A stretch of DNA of 64,000 bases from Terriglobia bacterium (GTDB lineage: Bacteria; Acidobacteriota; Terriglobia; JAJPHL01; JAPKYU01). The stretch lies in the NCBI GenBank assembly GCA_965206645.1, contig CBDBKE010000001.1, forward strand, positions 160,001 through 224,000, read 5' to 3'. The translations under genes and the position numbers were made by a program. The notes beneath the pieces were generated by a model. It ran no database searches. It was not told the DNA's origin and was given only the letters and a program-made list of their open reading frames with translations. This document shows, in pieces, positions 41,194 to 52,364 of this stretch (position 1 is the first letter of the stretch; every line of letters begins with the position of its first letter).

Positions 41194-42333
41194 TCAGTCG
41201 GCGCTCTGAGCCGCCGCCCTAGGAGCCGCTGTCCAGCTCAGGACCGCCTCGGCCACGTACTGCACCTCTTCGGCGGTGAGTTCCGGATACATGGGCAGCG
41301 AAAGCACCTGATTGACGGAGCGCTCCGTTTCGGGCAGAGGATGGACCCGCGCCTCCCGGCCAAAGGGGAAGTCCTCCTGCTGGTGAATGGCGATGGGGTA
41401 GTGGGTCAGGGCGGTGATGCCGCGCTCGGCCAGGTAGCTCTGCAGCCCATCGCGGTCTTCACACTCGATGACGTACAGATGGTAGACGTGCCGGTAGCCC
41501 TCTGGCACATGGGGCAACGTCATTGGGACCCCGGCCAGCAACTGGTCGTACTGGTGGGCACGAGCCTGCCGCAGCCCGGTCCATTCGTCCAGGTGTTTCA
41601 GCTTGACGCGCAGCACCGCCGCATGCAGGTCGTCCAGCCGGCTGTTGTACCCGAGGCTGTGATGGGAGCGCTTGAGCGAGCCGTGATTGCGCAGCTTGCG
41701 CACCTGCGTGGCTAGTTGCTCGTTGTTGGTGACCAAGGCGCCGCCGTCGCCGAAGCAGCCCATGTTTTTCTGGATGATGAAGCTGAGGCAAACGGCGTTG
41801 CTGAACTCCCCGATGGCGAAGTTGTCGCCGCGGGCTCCGATGGACTGCGCGTTATCCTCCACCACCAGCAGGTTGCGGGCTCGCGCGATCTTGGCGATGG
41901 CCGGCATGTTGGCCGGCAGCCCGTACAAGTGCACGGGCACGATGGCGCGAGTGCGGGGTGTGATGGCCGCTTCGATCTGGCTGACGTCAATGTTGCGCGT
42001 CTGTGGATCCATGTCCACAAAGACCGGCGTTGCTCCGGCCAGCCAGATGGCCTCCGCAGTGGCAAAGAAGGTGTTGGAAACCGTAATGACCTCGTCGCCC
42101 GGCTTGAGCCCCATCGCCAGGAACACCAGCCAGAGCGCGTCGGTGCCGGAGTTGACCCCGACGGCGTGTTTCTTGTTGTGGTATTGGGCCACCTCTTCCT
42201 CAAACCTCTTGAGCTGCGGTCCCATCACGTAGCTGCCGCTCTCCAGCACGTCGTGGATGGCCGGGTCGATTTCGGTGCGCAGGTTGTGGTATTGACGAAC
42301 GTGTCCGTAGAAACCCACTTTCATTTCCGCCAT
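41194..42333 (-). CDS. DegT/DnrJ/EryC1/StrS family PLP aminotransferase
   Basis: NSGTDAL, PVHLYG, EDNAQS, SFIIQKNMGCFGDGG, GYNSRLD, LSLPMYP. Confidence 0.93.
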   Translation of the reverse strand: MAEMKVGFYGHVRQYHNLRTEIDPAIHDVLESGSYVMGPQLKRFEEEVAQYHNKKHAVGVNSGTDALWLVFLAMGLKPGDEVITVSNTFFATAEAIWLAGATPVFVDMDPQTRNIDVSQIEAAITPRTRAIVPVHLYGLPANMPAIAKIARARNLLVVEDNAQSIGARGDNFAIGEFSNAVCLSFIIQKNMGCFGDGGALVTNNEQLATQVRKLRNHGSLKRSHHSLGYNSRLDDLHAAVLRVKLKHLDEWTGLRQARAHQYDQLLAGVPMTLPHVPEGYRHVYHLYVIECEDRDGLQSYLAERGITALTHYPIAIHQQEDFPFGREARVHPLPETERSVNQVLSLPMYPELTAEEVQYVAEAVLSWTAAPRAAAQSAD

Positions 42334-42456
42334 GGTATGCCGCCTATTGCGTGAGATTGTCTGCTTTCCTGCTAACTGTAGCAAGCAAAGCAGGTTTTCC
42401 GTCATGCGAGTTTCTTTGCTTTTGGATAGGTAGCGGTTATGGCTCTTGCCCGCATG

Positions 42457-43473
42457 CTACTGCGCTGCGGCGCGGGCGGCCACGGCCTGCAGAGCGGTAA
42501 TGGCCGCGACATTGACCACGTCGTCGGCCGAGCAGCCGCGGGAGAGGTCGTTGGCCGGCTTGGCCAGCCCTTGTAAAACCGGCCCAATAGCCGCCGCCCC
42601 GGCCAGCCGCTCGACCAACTTGTAGCTGATGTTGCCCGCATCCAGGTCCGGGAAAACCAGCGTGTTGGCGTAGCCGGCCACCGGGCTGCCCGGCGCCTTG
42701 CTGGCGCCGACCTTGGGAACCAGCGCCGCGTCGGACTGCAGCTCCCCGTCGGCTAGCAGTTGGGGCGCCCGCGCCCGCAACGTCTTGAGCGCCTCCTGAA
42801 CTCTTTCGGCGCGTGGGTGCTCGGCGCTTCCCTTGGTGGAAAACGACAGCAGAGCCACCTTGGGTTCGGCCTCCAGGAAGATGCGGCAACTGTCGGCCGA
42901 AGCCAGGGCGATTTCGGCCAGTTGCTTCGGTGTGGGGTCAGGAATGACGGCGCAGTCAGCGAAGATGAGCGCACCAGACACGCCAAACTCGGGCTGCGGC
43001 AACACCATCAGGAAGAAGCTGGACACCAGCGACAGGCCGGGCCGCGGCCCCAAGCAATGGAGAGCCGCGCGCACGGTTTCGGCGGTGGTGGTGGTGGCGC
43101 CAGCGATGCTGCCGTCGGCGTCGCCGCTGCCCACCATCAGGTCGGCGAAGTACAGTGGTTGCGTCGCCACCTGGCGCGCTTCCTCCTGTGTGACACCCTT
43201 GGCCCGCCGTCGCTCGTAATACAGCGCCGCGTAGCGCTCCAACCTCGGGTCCTGTTGAGGATCAACCAGGGCCACTGCGGAGAGGTCTACTCCCAAGGCC
43301 GCGGCACGCGCTCGCATGGATTCGGTTTCCCCCAGCACGGTCACCTGCGCGATGCGCTGGCGTGCCAGGCTTTCGGCGGCGCGCAGGATGCGGTCGTCGC
43401 CGCCCTCGGGCAGCACAATCCGCTGGAAATGGGTCCGAGCCCGATCCCGAATGCTTTGCAAAAGATCAGCCAT
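42457..43473 (-). CDS. pta: Phosphate acetyltransferase
   Basis: [47 protein letters not shown]. Confidence 0.95.
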   Translation of the reverse strand: MADLLQSIRDRARTHFQRIVLPEGGDDRILRAAESLARQRIAQVTVLGETESMRARAAALGVDLSAVALVDPQQDPRLERYAALYYERRRAKGVTQEEARQVATQPLYFADLMVGSGDADGSIAGATTTTAETVRAALHCLGPRPGLSLVSSFFLMVLPQPEFGVSGALIFADCAVIPDPTPKQLAEIALASADSCRIFLEAEPKVALLSFSTKGSAEHPRAERVQEALKTLRARAPQLLADGELQSDAALVPKVGASKAPGSPVAGYANTLVFPDLDAGNISYKLVERLAGAAAIGPVLQGLAKPANDLSRGCSADDVVNVAAITALQAVAARAAAQ

Positions 43474-43507
43474 GACAATCCCCCTCCGACCGGCGCATTC
43501 TAGTGCA

Positions 43508-44599
43508 TTGGGGGCCATACGGGAAACGCACAATTGGGGGCTGCCACCCTGGCAGGTCAACTGGGATTGCGCGCGCACGCCTCTGCCGGGGGAAACGGGC
43601 GTCGCCATCGTGGGTGCGGGGCTGACTGGGCTGTCCGCCGCCTATCATTTACGCCGGGCCCGTCCCGATTCGCCGGTTACGGTCCTGGAAGCCGACATCA
43701 TCGGCAGCGGGGCCAGCGGCCGTAGCGGCGGCCTGTTGCTGGAGGACACAGCCGCCGGGCCCATGCCCGGCTTCGAGAACTGCCTGGATTCACTGGCTGA
43801 TCTGCTCGCTCGCGAGCAGATCGAATGCGGGTTGGCACTCAACGGCTGCTGGGAAGTTTTCCACCGGGGGGGCCTCGAAGACTCCCCCATCTGCTGGCAG
43901 GACAACGGTGTGCCCCTGCGCGTTGCGGGGCGGGTTCCCGGCGGCACGCTGGACCCGGGTCGATTGCTGGCGGGGATTGCGCGCGCGGCAGTGTCTCTGG
44001 GAGTGAGCATCCACGAGCGATGCGCGGTCACAGCGATGGAGTGCGACCCACGCCTTCGCCTCAAGACGGCAGCAGGTACGATCGCCGCCGATCGCGTCCT
44101 GCTGGGCGCTAACGCCTTTCCTCTGCCGTTCAGCGAATTGCCGGCAACGTCCATGATGGCGCTGGCGGTGGCCACCGCACCGTTGGAGGAAAGGGCCATC
44201 CAGCAACTTGGCCTGGAGTCGCGCCGACCCTTCTATGCCGCCGACCTGCCTTACCTCTGGGGTTGCCTGACCGCGCAGAACACACTGGTGCTGGGCAGCG
44301 GCCTGCTCTCTTCACCGGCGGGCAACATTGCCGACGTGTCGCTGGATTGGCCGGAAGCGCGTCAGCTCTTCTCGACTCTTGAGGGCAGAATTCGCGGGTT
44401 GCATCCGACCCTTTCGGGGATTCACTTCACCCATCACTGGGCCGGGCCCATTGCGATCACCCCCGATTGGCGGCCCGTGCTGCGCCGGCATCCCCGCTCG
44501 CCCTACGTGCTGGTGGCAGGTGGCTACTCCGGGCACGGCCTGGCGCAGGCCATCCGAATGGGCCGTCTGGCGGCGGAGCGTTTAAGTGTGATGGGTTGA
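43508..44599 (+). CDS. FAD-dependent oxidoreductase (DAO/PuuB family)
   Basis: [24 protein letters not shown]. Start estimated at TTG 43508. Confidence 0.85.
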   Translation: MGAIRETHNWGLPPWQVNWDCARTPLPGETGVAIVGAGLTGLSAAYHLRRARPDSPVTVLEADIIGSGASGRSGGLLLEDTAAGPMPGFENCLDSLADLLAREQIECGLALNGCWEVFHRGGLEDSPICWQDNGVPLRVAGRVPGGTLDPGRLLAGIARAAVSLGVSIHERCAVTAMECDPRLRLKTAAGTIAADRVLLGANAFPLPFSELPATSMMALAVATAPLEERAIQQLGLESRRPFYAADLPYLWGCLTAQNTLVLGSGLLSSPAGNIADVSLDWPEARQLFSTLEGRIRGLHPTLSGIHFTHHWAGPIAITPDWRPVLRRHPRSPYVLVAGGYSGHGLAQAIRMGRLAAERLSVMG

Positions 44600-44637
44600 G
44601 GGCGACGCCCCGCTGCTAACGGAGCCCTGGAGCCGTG

Positions 44638-45270
44638 TTACGAAATCGCTACGAAGTCGCGCACGCGCTCCCACATCGGCTCCAGCACGTCTAGCAATTG
44701 GTGATCCGAGTCGTAGAGAATGAGTTCCACGTTGGGATGGCCTTCGGCAAAGCGTACCGAGAGCTGATGATCCACAGCCTGGTCGCGGCGCCCGTGGAGA
44801 ACCAGCGCCGGCTGGCGAACCTCGGGAAACTCCTCGTATTGCATGCCGTCGCCGAGAAGGCCATAGCCGATGCGTCGCTCCTGTTTTTCGCTGTAGTGGT
44901 AAATGGGACGCCAGCCGCGCTCGCGCCACTCCCGCATGGTTTGCTCGCCCAACGACTCGGCCCAACGTCGTGCGAACCCGAAGGCCGGTGCCAGCAGCAC
45001 CACGGCCGGCACGCGCTGCCGATGGCCGGCGGCAAACAGCGCTGCCAGGTAGCCTCCGAGGCTCGAGCCAAGCAGAATGGCGGGCCCGTTGCCGACCAGC
45101 GTGTCGAGGAAACGCAGTTGCTGCGTCAGGGTCGAGTGCTCGAAATCACCCTGGGTCAAATCGGGCAACTCCACGGGGCGGCCCATTTCTGCAAAGCGCT
45201 GCCGGAAAAATTGTCCCTTGCTGGATTGCGGGCCGGAAGCGAATCCGTGCAGGTAGATCAGGCGGTGCAT
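44638..45270 (-). CDS. YqiA/YcfP family alpha/beta hydrolase
   Basis: YLHGFASGP, GSSLGG, HGRRD, SDH. Confidence 0.9.
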   Translation of the reverse strand: MHRLIYLHGFASGPQSSKGQFFRQRFAEMGRPVELPDLTQGDFEHSTLTQQLRFLDTLVGNGPAILLGSSLGGYLAALFAAGHRQRVPAVVLLAPAFGFARRWAESLGEQTMREWRERGWRPIYHYSEKQERRIGYGLLGDGMQYEEFPEVRQPALVLHGRRDQAVDHQLSVRFAEGHPNVELILYDSDHQLLDVLEPMWERVRDFVAIS

Positions 45271-45393
45271 GCTGTTATCGGGGGCTTCCCGCGCACTTCT
45301 GGACACTTTTACGCGATGGCCATGGTTGAAGTGGCCATGAGTGAAGTGGACATAGTTGAATCGGAGTTCTGGGCCCTACCCGCAGCAAGGAAT

Positions 45394-46434
45394 CTATCTG
45401 CCAGTGACGAACAGATCCACGATGCGCCTAGCCGTATCCAGCAGCAAGGCGCGGTTGCCCAGAAAGACGCGAGAGAAGCCGGTTGGCAGGGGTGGCAGTT
45501 GCGCCGCAAGCCCGGTCGGGAACGGCTGCAGACGCTTCTGTAGTCCCGGCGGCAGCTTCCCGTCGCGTCGGAGCTTGCGTTCCAGTCCGGGAGGCAGCTT
45601 TTCGCGCTTGGCCAATCCCGGAGGCAGGTTGGCGCGGTTGGCCGACAAGTAGTTATTGATGGTCCGGCGATCAAAACTAGAGAACGAGGAAACGGCAGCT
45701 TGAGGCGAGGTTCGCCGCAGCGTGCCCTCCTCGACCGTGCCTTCCACTCGTTTCTCGCGTGGCTGTCGCGGTTTGGGATGATCCACGAACACCTGGGTCT
45801 CCCCGGCACTGAGTTGCCGTGCTGTGGTCGCGCTGCCAGCCGTCACAAAGCCGATCAAGAATTCCACCGGCAGCACCAGTTCCTTTTTGCCGGTCAGGTA
45901 GGCCGTACCGGTGCCCGCGCCAGCGCCGATGGCCGCTCCAATCACCGCGCCTTTTTTGCCGCCGGTAAGTGCGCCAATGATGGCGCCGGCCGCGGCGCCC
46001 CCGCCAATCAGAGCGGCATTGCGCCCGGCATGGGACTCGCCATCCAGGGTGACCGGCTCGGTGCGCAGGCTGTAGCCGCCGGCATCCACCAACTCCAGTG
46101 TGAGCGCGGCTGGCCTCTTCAGGCGCCCGGAGCTGACCGCCTCGACGACACGACCCTTAGCACCGGTGTTCTTCGGCACCACCGTCCGCCCGTCTACCAC
46201 CAGCGGTTTGGCCAGCGTGGCCTCGAAGGTATGGCCCTCTTGGGCTTCTCCCGAGTGAATCTGGCTGAGCAGACGGATTTCAATGGCCGTGCCAGAATCC
46301 AATCGCAGGGCTTTGATGCGGCTCACCTTGCGTTTGCCGGCTGGCGTTGCCGCCGCCGCCACGCAAACCAGCAGCAACACGCCTAGGACTCGCGACACGA
46401 TTTGCGAAGGTCGAATCTTGGCTGGTTGTTTCAT
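45394..46434 (-). CDS. Secreted protein: beta-domain + glycine zipper + LPPGL-repeat domain
   Basis: Signal peptide, GGGAAAGAIIGA..GAVIGAAIGAGAG, three LPPGL repeats. Start ATG 46434. Confidence 0.78.
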   Translation of the reverse strand: MKQPAKIRPSQIVSRVLGVLLLVCVAAAATPAGKRKVSRIKALRLDSGTAIEIRLLSQIHSGEAQEGHTFEATLAKPLVVDGRTVVPKNTGAKGRVVEAVSSGRLKRPAALTLELVDAGGYSLRTEPVTLDGESHAGRNAALIGGGAAAGAIIGALTGGKKGAVIGAAIGAGAGTGTAYLTGKKELVLPVEFLIGFVTAGSATTARQLSAGETQVFVDHPKPRQPREKRVEGTVEEGTLRRTSPQAAVSSFSSFDRRTINNYLSANRANLPPGLAKREKLPPGLERKLRRDGKLPPGLQKRLQPFPTGLAAQLPPLPTGFSRVFLGNRALLLDTARRIVDLFVTGR

Positions 46435-46552
46435 GGGAAGCCTCCTTGCCGGCCGGGACCGCCCCTCAAAGAGGGGCTGCAGGCGGCATCGTATCACACT
46501 GTAATCCTCGCTCCGGGCAGCTCGATGCGGCAAGCCTCGGCCACGCCAGGCG

Positions 46553-47287
46553 CTACCGTTTCCGCTTGAGACGGATTTTAACTTCCTCTTCGGGATACGC
46601 AGCAAACAGACGCCCCGTTTCGGAGAATTGCAAGGCCGGGACCACCTGCACCGAATTGGGCAGGAAGCCGGGCATCTCGGCGGTCGCCACCAGAGCTACC
46701 GCCTTTGCCGGCCGGAGGTGAGATTCGGGGATGCGGAAGACGAACCGCCCGTCCGGCGCGGCTTCCAGTTGCCCGCCGGTTTCCTTCTCGCCTTCGGCGG
46801 TGAACTCGTAGACGGGTACGCGGGCCCGGCTGCCGTCGTGCAGCAGCGCCTCCAGGGTCACCTTCGCAGGCCCGATGCCCCGCCCCTGTTCGTTCACTAC
46901 TTGCCATTCGCCCAGAACGTCATAATCCGCGGCTCCAAGAAAAGTTCCCTTGGGAACCCGCACGTTCACCGTGATCTCTTCGCGGTTGCCGAGCCAGGCC
47001 CGCCCCAGGCGCGGAGCAGTTCTCTTCGGCAGGTAGAGCAGAATGTCGTAGGTCCCGGCAGGGAGGCGCAACGAGCATTTGCCCTCCGGGCCGGTAACCG
47101 CCGATTTCCTTTCCGGTGACCCGGGGCGGAGAAATTCAAGGCGCACACCCTCGACCGCGGCGCCGTCAGTGTCCTCAGCAGTCCCATGCACGGTGATCGT
47201 CTCCGTGGCGACGGGCGTCGTTGCGTGTTCCACCTGATCCGCGAGGCCACCGAATAGCACTAGCAACCAGGGCAACAACCACGTCAT
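46553..47287 (-). CDS. Secreted carboxypeptidase-regulatory-like domain protein
   Basis: Hydrophobic leader, HGTAED.DG..V.G.RL, TG.EG...LPAGTY. Confidence 0.7.
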   Translation of the reverse strand: MTWLLPWLLVLFGGLADQVEHATTPVATETITVHGTAEDTDGAAVEGVRLEFLRPGSPERKSAVTGPEGKCSLRLPAGTYDILLYLPKRTAPRLGRAWLGNREEITVNVRVPKGTFLGAADYDVLGEWQVVNEQGRGIGPAKVTLEALLHDGSRARVPVYEFTAEGEKETGGQLEAAPDGRFVFRIPESHLRPAKAVALVATAEMPGFLPNSVQVVPALQFSETGRLFAAYPEEEVKIRLKRKR

Positions 47288-47347
47288 CGTAGCGAATCTA
47301 CGCCCTTGGCTGGCTTGCGTAAAGAGGTTGCGTTCGACTAGAGTGCT

Positions 47348-49078
47348 ATGTCGGTGTCCCGAAACGGCTCCAGGCTCTTTCGCTTCCTGCTTGCTTCGTT
47401 GTTTGCGGCCGCCTGGTGGGTGACGGCGGTCTGGGCGGCCAGCCCGGCGCCGGTGCGCGCCCGTCAGGGAATGGTGGTTTCGGTGAACGAGCAGGCCTCA
47501 CGGGTCGGGGTGGAGGTCCTGAAGGAGGGCGGCAACGCCGTGGATGCGGCCATTGCTACCGCCTTCGCCCTGGCAGTCACCCATCCGGCAGCGGGCAACC
47601 TGGGCGGCGGCGGCTTCTTGCTGCTCCGTTTCAAGGATGGCCGCGCGACCTTCCTGGATTTTCGCGAGCGCGCACCGGCTGCCGCGTCTCGCGACATGTA
47701 CCTGGACGCCTCCGGCAGCGTAATCCCGCAGGCATCCACTGTCGGATTGCGCGCCGCCGCTGTGCCGGGCACGGTGGCTGGCTTGGAGTATGCCAGCCGC
47801 AAGTATGGCCGGCTACGCTGGAGCCGTCTGGTGGCGCCTGCGGTCGCTCTGGCGCGCAAAGGCTTCCCGGTCAGCTTCGAGCTGGCGCGCTCGCTCTCCA
47901 ACCCGAAGACGGTAGAGCGCCTCAGCCGCCTCCCGGCTTCCAACCGCATCTTTCTCCGAAACGGGCTTCGCAACGGGCGGTTCTACCAACCGGGCGAGCG
48001 TTTCGTGCAGCGCGACCTGGGGCGTACGTTGGAGCGCATCCGGCGCCGGGGCGCCCGCGACTTCTACCTTGGGCGAACAGCACGCGAACTGGCTGCCTTC
48101 GTGGAGCAACACGGCGGCCTGATCACGCTGGAAGACCTGAGGAAGTACCAGGTGGCAGAGCGTGAGCCGATCACGGGCACCTACCGCGGCTACCAGATCA
48201 CGAGCGCGCCGCCACCCAGTTCGGGCGGGGTTGTGCTGCTCCAGATGCTGAACATTCTGGAGGGAGTGCCGCTGGCCGAGAAGGGCGCACTGTCGGCCGA
48301 CGCCATTCACTGGACGGTGGAGACGATGCGCCGCGCCTTCGCGGACCGCGCGCGCTATTTGGGCGATCCGGATTTCGTGCGTATTCCGGTGCGTGGCCTC
48401 ACCGACAAGAAATACGCTGAGAGGCTGCGCGCTTCGATTGACTCGGAGCGCGCCACGCCCTCGCTCAACGTTGCCGCCGGGGACCCGATGCCCTTCGAAG
48501 CGGGCGAAACCACCCACGTGTCGGCCGTGGACCGCGAGGGAAATGCCGCCGCACTCACCTACACCCTGAACGACCTCTACGGATGTGGGGTGACGGTGGA
48601 GGGACTGGGTTTCCTGTTGAACAACGAGATGGATGATTTTACCGCCAAGCCCGGCGTTCCAAACGATGCCGGGCTGATTCAAGGGGAGACCAACAGCATC
48701 GCCCCGGGCAAACGGCCGCTTTCCAGCATGACCCCCACGGTGGTGGCCCGCGACGGCAAGCTGGTGCTGGTGTTGGGCAGCCCGGGTGGGCCCAAGATTA
48801 TCAGCACGGTGTTGAACGTCCTGCTGGGCGTCATAGACTACAAGATGGACGTGCAGCGGGCGGTGGATGCCCCGCGCTTTCACCATCAGTGGTTGCCCGA
48901 CAGCATCCGCATGGAGCCTGGCTTCTCGCCGGACACCCTCGCGCTGCTTGAGGCGAGGGGCCACCAGTTCGACATAGGAGACTATTTTGGGGATGCGCAC
49001 ACCATCGCGCTCGGCCCGGACGGTTGGCTGCTGGGCGCCGCAGATCCCCGGCGGGGCGGCAAGGCGGTGGGCTACTAG
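47348..49078 (+). CDS. ggt: Gamma-glutamyltransferase
   Basis: GGNAVDAA, DFRE, ETTHVS (catalytic Thr), LNNEMDDF, KRPLSSM, GSPGG. Confidence 0.96.
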   Translation: MSVSRNGSRLFRFLLASLFAAAWWVTAVWAASPAPVRARQGMVVSVNEQASRVGVEVLKEGGNAVDAAIATAFALAVTHPAAGNLGGGGFLLLRFKDGRATFLDFRERAPAAASRDMYLDASGSVIPQASTVGLRAAAVPGTVAGLEYASRKYGRLRWSRLVAPAVALARKGFPVSFELARSLSNPKTVERLSRLPASNRIFLRNGLRNGRFYQPGERFVQRDLGRTLERIRRRGARDFYLGRTARELAAFVEQHGGLITLEDLRKYQVAEREPITGTYRGYQITSAPPPSSGGVVLLQMLNILEGVPLAEKGALSADAIHWTVETMRRAFADRARYLGDPDFVRIPVRGLTDKKYAERLRASIDSERATPSLNVAAGDPMPFEAGETTHVSAVDREGNAAALTYTLNDLYGCGVTVEGLGFLLNNEMDDFTAKPGVPNDAGLIQGETNSIAPGKRPLSSMTPTVVARDGKLVLVLGSPGGPKIISTVLNVLLGVIDYKMDVQRAVDAPRFHHQWLPDSIRMEPGFSPDTLALLEARGHQFDIGDYFGDAHTIALGPDGWLLGAADPRRGGKAVGY

Positions 49079-49162
49079 CAGGCATCAGGTGCCAGGAATA
49101 TCTCCTGCTCAGTAGCCACGGCGACCTGGAATCTGACACCTGGCACGTGAAACCTGGTTCTT

Positions 49163-50005
49163 ATGCAAAAAGCATTGTCCACGCACATGTTCGTCAACCA
49201 GCGGCTGACGGTCTCGATACTGGAGCGCATTGAGAAGGCCGGCATCGAGTTGGTGGAGATTTTCTGCGCCCGCCAGCACTTTGATTATCACGACCGCGAC
49301 CAGGTGCAGGAAATCGCCGCCTGGTTCCGGAATTCCCGGCTCCGGTTGCACTCCATCCACACACCGATGTACCGGGACAAGGAGTGGGGGCGCAGCGGGC
49401 CGCAGGCGGTGGTGTCGATCGCAGAAACGGAGAAAGTGCGTCGCATCGCGGCTTGCGACGAGATCAAGCGGGCGCTGGAGCTGGCCGAGAACGTGCCGTT
49501 TCGTTACGCAGTGACCCACCTGGGCGTCTCGCGCGAAGAGTACGACTTGCGCAAGATGGATGCGGCGTTTTCCAGTATCGAGGTTCTGCGCATGTTTGCG
49601 CGCCAGCGGGGCGCCGACCTGGTGCTGGAGAATATCCCCAACGAACTGGCCACCCCCGGCCGCCTGCTGGAGTTCCTGAACTATACGCACCTGAACGACG
49701 TGGGGCTGTGCTTTGACAGCGGTCACGCGCACATGGGCGAGGGAGTGGCGGCCAGCTTCGAGAAGATGGGGTCGCGGGTCTTCACCACCCACCTCCACGA
49801 CAACCGGGGGGACAAGGACGAACACTTGTTTCCCTTCGAGGGCACCATTGAGTGGGCACGCACCATCCGCGACTTTAGCGCCGCGCCCAACTCGTTTCCC
49901 ATTCTGCTGGAGATTCGCGAATTCCCCGAGGTGAAGGACCCGCTGGCCCGCGCCAACGAAGTGTTCAGCAAGTTCGAAGAGTTGGAAGCCGCCGCATCCC
50001 GATGA
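49163..50005 (+). CDS. Sugar phosphate isomerase/epimerase family (TIM barrel)
   Basis: LENIPN, FDSGHAH, HLHDN..DEHLFP.EGTIEW, LEI. Confidence 0.88.
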   Translation: MQKALSTHMFVNQRLTVSILERIEKAGIELVEIFCARQHFDYHDRDQVQEIAAWFRNSRLRLHSIHTPMYRDKEWGRSGPQAVVSIAETEKVRRIAACDEIKRALELAENVPFRYAVTHLGVSREEYDLRKMDAAFSSIEVLRMFARQRGADLVLENIPNELATPGRLLEFLNYTHLNDVGLCFDSGHAHMGEGVAASFEKMGSRVFTTHLHDNRGDKDEHLFPFEGTIEWARTIRDFSAAPNSFPILLEIREFPEVKDPLARANEVFSKFEELEAAASR

Positions 50006-51321
50006 CTCCCCCAGCCGACCTCCCGGTAGCCGCCATCGCCGGAATCGGAGCCTACGACGGACAGCAAGTTGTAATTCGCGGCTGGCTGTACAACCTGCGC
50101 GAGGCGGGCAAGCTGCTGTTCCCGATCTTCCGCGACGGCACCGGAGTCCTGCAGGGCGTGGTTTCCAGAGACTCGGTGCCGCCGGAAACCTTTCAGATGC
50201 TCAAGCACCTCCAGCACGAATCGTCGGTAAGCGTCGTCGGGCGTGTGCGCGCTGACCAGCGCGCCCCCGGCGGCTATGAACTGGAGGTTTCGCGCATCGA
50301 GGTGGTGCAGGCGGTTTCCCCAGAAGAGCCGTTTCCCGTCACCCTGAAGGAGCACGGGGTGGACTTCTTGCTCGACCGGCGGCACCTGTGGATTCGGACG
50401 CCGCGCCAGAACGCCATCCTGCGGGTGCGGCATGAAGTGATCCGCGCCGCGCGGGACTATCTGGACGACCACGGCTTTATCCAGGTGGATACTCCCATCT
50501 TCACTCCGGCGGCCTGCGAGGGCACGACCAGCCTTTTTGAGGTGCAATACTTCGAGGAGAAGGCCTACCTGACGCAGTCCGGCCAGCTCTACAACGAAGC
50601 CGCTGCCGCCGCCCTGGGCAAGGTGTACTGCTTCGGGCCCACCTTCCGCGCCGAAAAATCCAAGACACGCCGCCACCTGACCGAGTTCTGGATGGTGGAG
50701 CCGGAGATGTCCTACGCTCAACTGGAGGACGTCATGGACGTTTCCGAGCAACTGGTCAGCCACATTGTCCAGCGGGTGCTGGAACGCCGCAGCGCTGAAC
50801 TCGCAACGCTCGAGCGCGATCCGGCTCTTCTCAAGCGGGTGCGGCCACCCTTTCCTCGCATCAGCTACGACGAGGCGATCCGGATTTTGCAGCGAAAGGG
50901 CAGCCTGATCCAGTGGGGCGGTGACTTTGGCAACGCCGACGAGACCCTGCTCGGCGAGGAGTTCGACCGGCCCGTGATGGTCCACCACTACCCGTCGGCC
51001 ATCAAGGCCTTCTATATGCAGCCCGACCCCGAGCGGCCGGAGCTCGCAATGGGCGTGGACGTGATTGCTCCGAAAGGCTATGGGGAAATCATTGGCGGCG
51101 GGGAGCGGATCTCGGACCTGGAGCTTTTGCAGGCGCGCATCCGCCAGCAGAACCTGCCGGCGGAATCTTTCGCCTGGTACGTGGACCTGCGCAAGTACGG
51201 TAGCGTCCCGCACGCCGGCTTCGGCATGGGCATCGAACGCGTGGTGGCTTGGATGTGCGGGCTGGAGCACGTGCGGGAGACCATTGCGTTCCCGCGGATG
51301 CTGTATCGTCTGTATCCGTAG
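50002..51321 (+). CDS. asnS: Asparagine--tRNA ligase
   Basis: [46 protein letters not shown]. Confidence 0.96.
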   Translation: MTPPADLPVAAIAGIGAYDGQQVVIRGWLYNLREAGKLLFPIFRDGTGVLQGVVSRDSVPPETFQMLKHLQHESSVSVVGRVRADQRAPGGYELEVSRIEVVQAVSPEEPFPVTLKEHGVDFLLDRRHLWIRTPRQNAILRVRHEVIRAARDYLDDHGFIQVDTPIFTPAACEGTTSLFEVQYFEEKAYLTQSGQLYNEAAAAALGKVYCFGPTFRAEKSKTRRHLTEFWMVEPEMSYAQLEDVMDVSEQLVSHIVQRVLERRSAELATLERDPALLKRVRPPFPRISYDEAIRILQRKGSLIQWGGDFGNADETLLGEEFDRPVMVHHYPSAIKAFYMQPDPERPELAMGVDVIAPKGYGEIIGGGERISDLELLQARIRQQNLPAESFAWYVDLRKYGSVPHAGFGMGIERVVAWMCGLEHVRETIAFPRMLYRLYP

Positions 51322-51382
51322 CGGCGGCGTTCAGGACGCCAGCGGGGTGGCAGGCTGAAACGCGGCGCTACGAGCGGCGTAC

Positions 51383-52291
51383 ATGCGAAAGATCAAGATC
51401 ATCGGCGTTCCGCTGGATCTGGGTCAGGACCGCCGCGGCGTGGACATGGGACCATCGGCGCTGCGGGTGGCTGGGTTGAACGCGCGCCTGCGTCGCCTGG
51501 GCTGCGAGGTGGAGGATGGGGGCAATGTGTCGGTGGCCATTGCCGAGATGCACGCCTTTGGCACGGAGAAGGCGAAGTACCTCGATCAGGTGGCCGAAAC
51601 CTGCCAGCGGCACGCCGCCTGGGTGGAGGATATCTTGCGCGAGGGATCCACTCCCCTCGTGCTGGGCGGCGACCATTCCATCGCCATCGGCACCGTTTCG
51701 GGCGTGGCCAATTTCTATCGCAACAAGAAACGGAAAATCGGACTCCTCTGGCTGGACGCCCACGCCGACATGAATACGCCGGAGACGACTCCGAGCGGGA
51801 ACCTGCATGGCATGCCGCTGGCCTGCTGCCTGGGCTTGGGCGCGCCGGATCTGACGCACATCGGCGGCTTCAGTCCCAAGGTGAAGCCGAGGCGGGCGGC
51901 GCTGATCGGGGTGCGGGAGGTGGATGCGGAGGAAAAAGACAACGTGCGCAAGTCCGGCCTGCGCGTCTTCAGCATGCGCGAGCTGGACGAGCGGGGCCTG
52001 CGCGCGGTGATGCGGGAAGCCCTGGCCCTGGCTTCCCGCGGGACTGCGGGCTTCTGCGTCACCGCAGACATGGACTTTCTGGACCCGGAGGATGCACCAG
52101 GGGTAGGCACGCCAGCGCGCGGCGGCGCCACCTATCGGGAGGCGCACCTGGCCATGGAGATGATTGCGGATTCGGGTCGTATGCTCTCCTTCGAGCTGAC
52201 CGAAGTGAACCCAGTCATTGACGAGGCCAACCGTACGGCTGAGCTGGGTGTCGAGCTCGCGCTCTCAGCCTTTGGCAAGAAAATCCTGTGA
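51383..52291 (+). CDS. rocF: Arginase
   Basis: [38 protein letters not shown]. Confidence 0.93.
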   Translation: MRKIKIIGVPLDLGQDRRGVDMGPSALRVAGLNARLRRLGCEVEDGGNVSVAIAEMHAFGTEKAKYLDQVAETCQRHAAWVEDILREGSTPLVLGGDHSIAIGTVSGVANFYRNKKRKIGLLWLDAHADMNTPETTPSGNLHGMPLACCLGLGAPDLTHIGGFSPKVKPRRAALIGVREVDAEEKDNVRKSGLRVFSMRELDERGLRAVMREALALASRGTAGFCVTADMDFLDPEDAPGVGTPARGGATYREAHLAMEMIADSGRMLSFELTEVNPVIDEANRTAELGVELALSAFGKKIL

Positions 52292-52364
52292 GCGAGATGG
52301 CCACACAGATACAGCAGCACAGAGCAGACGCCGTGTCTCTGTGCCTCGGTGGCTAATAGATCTT

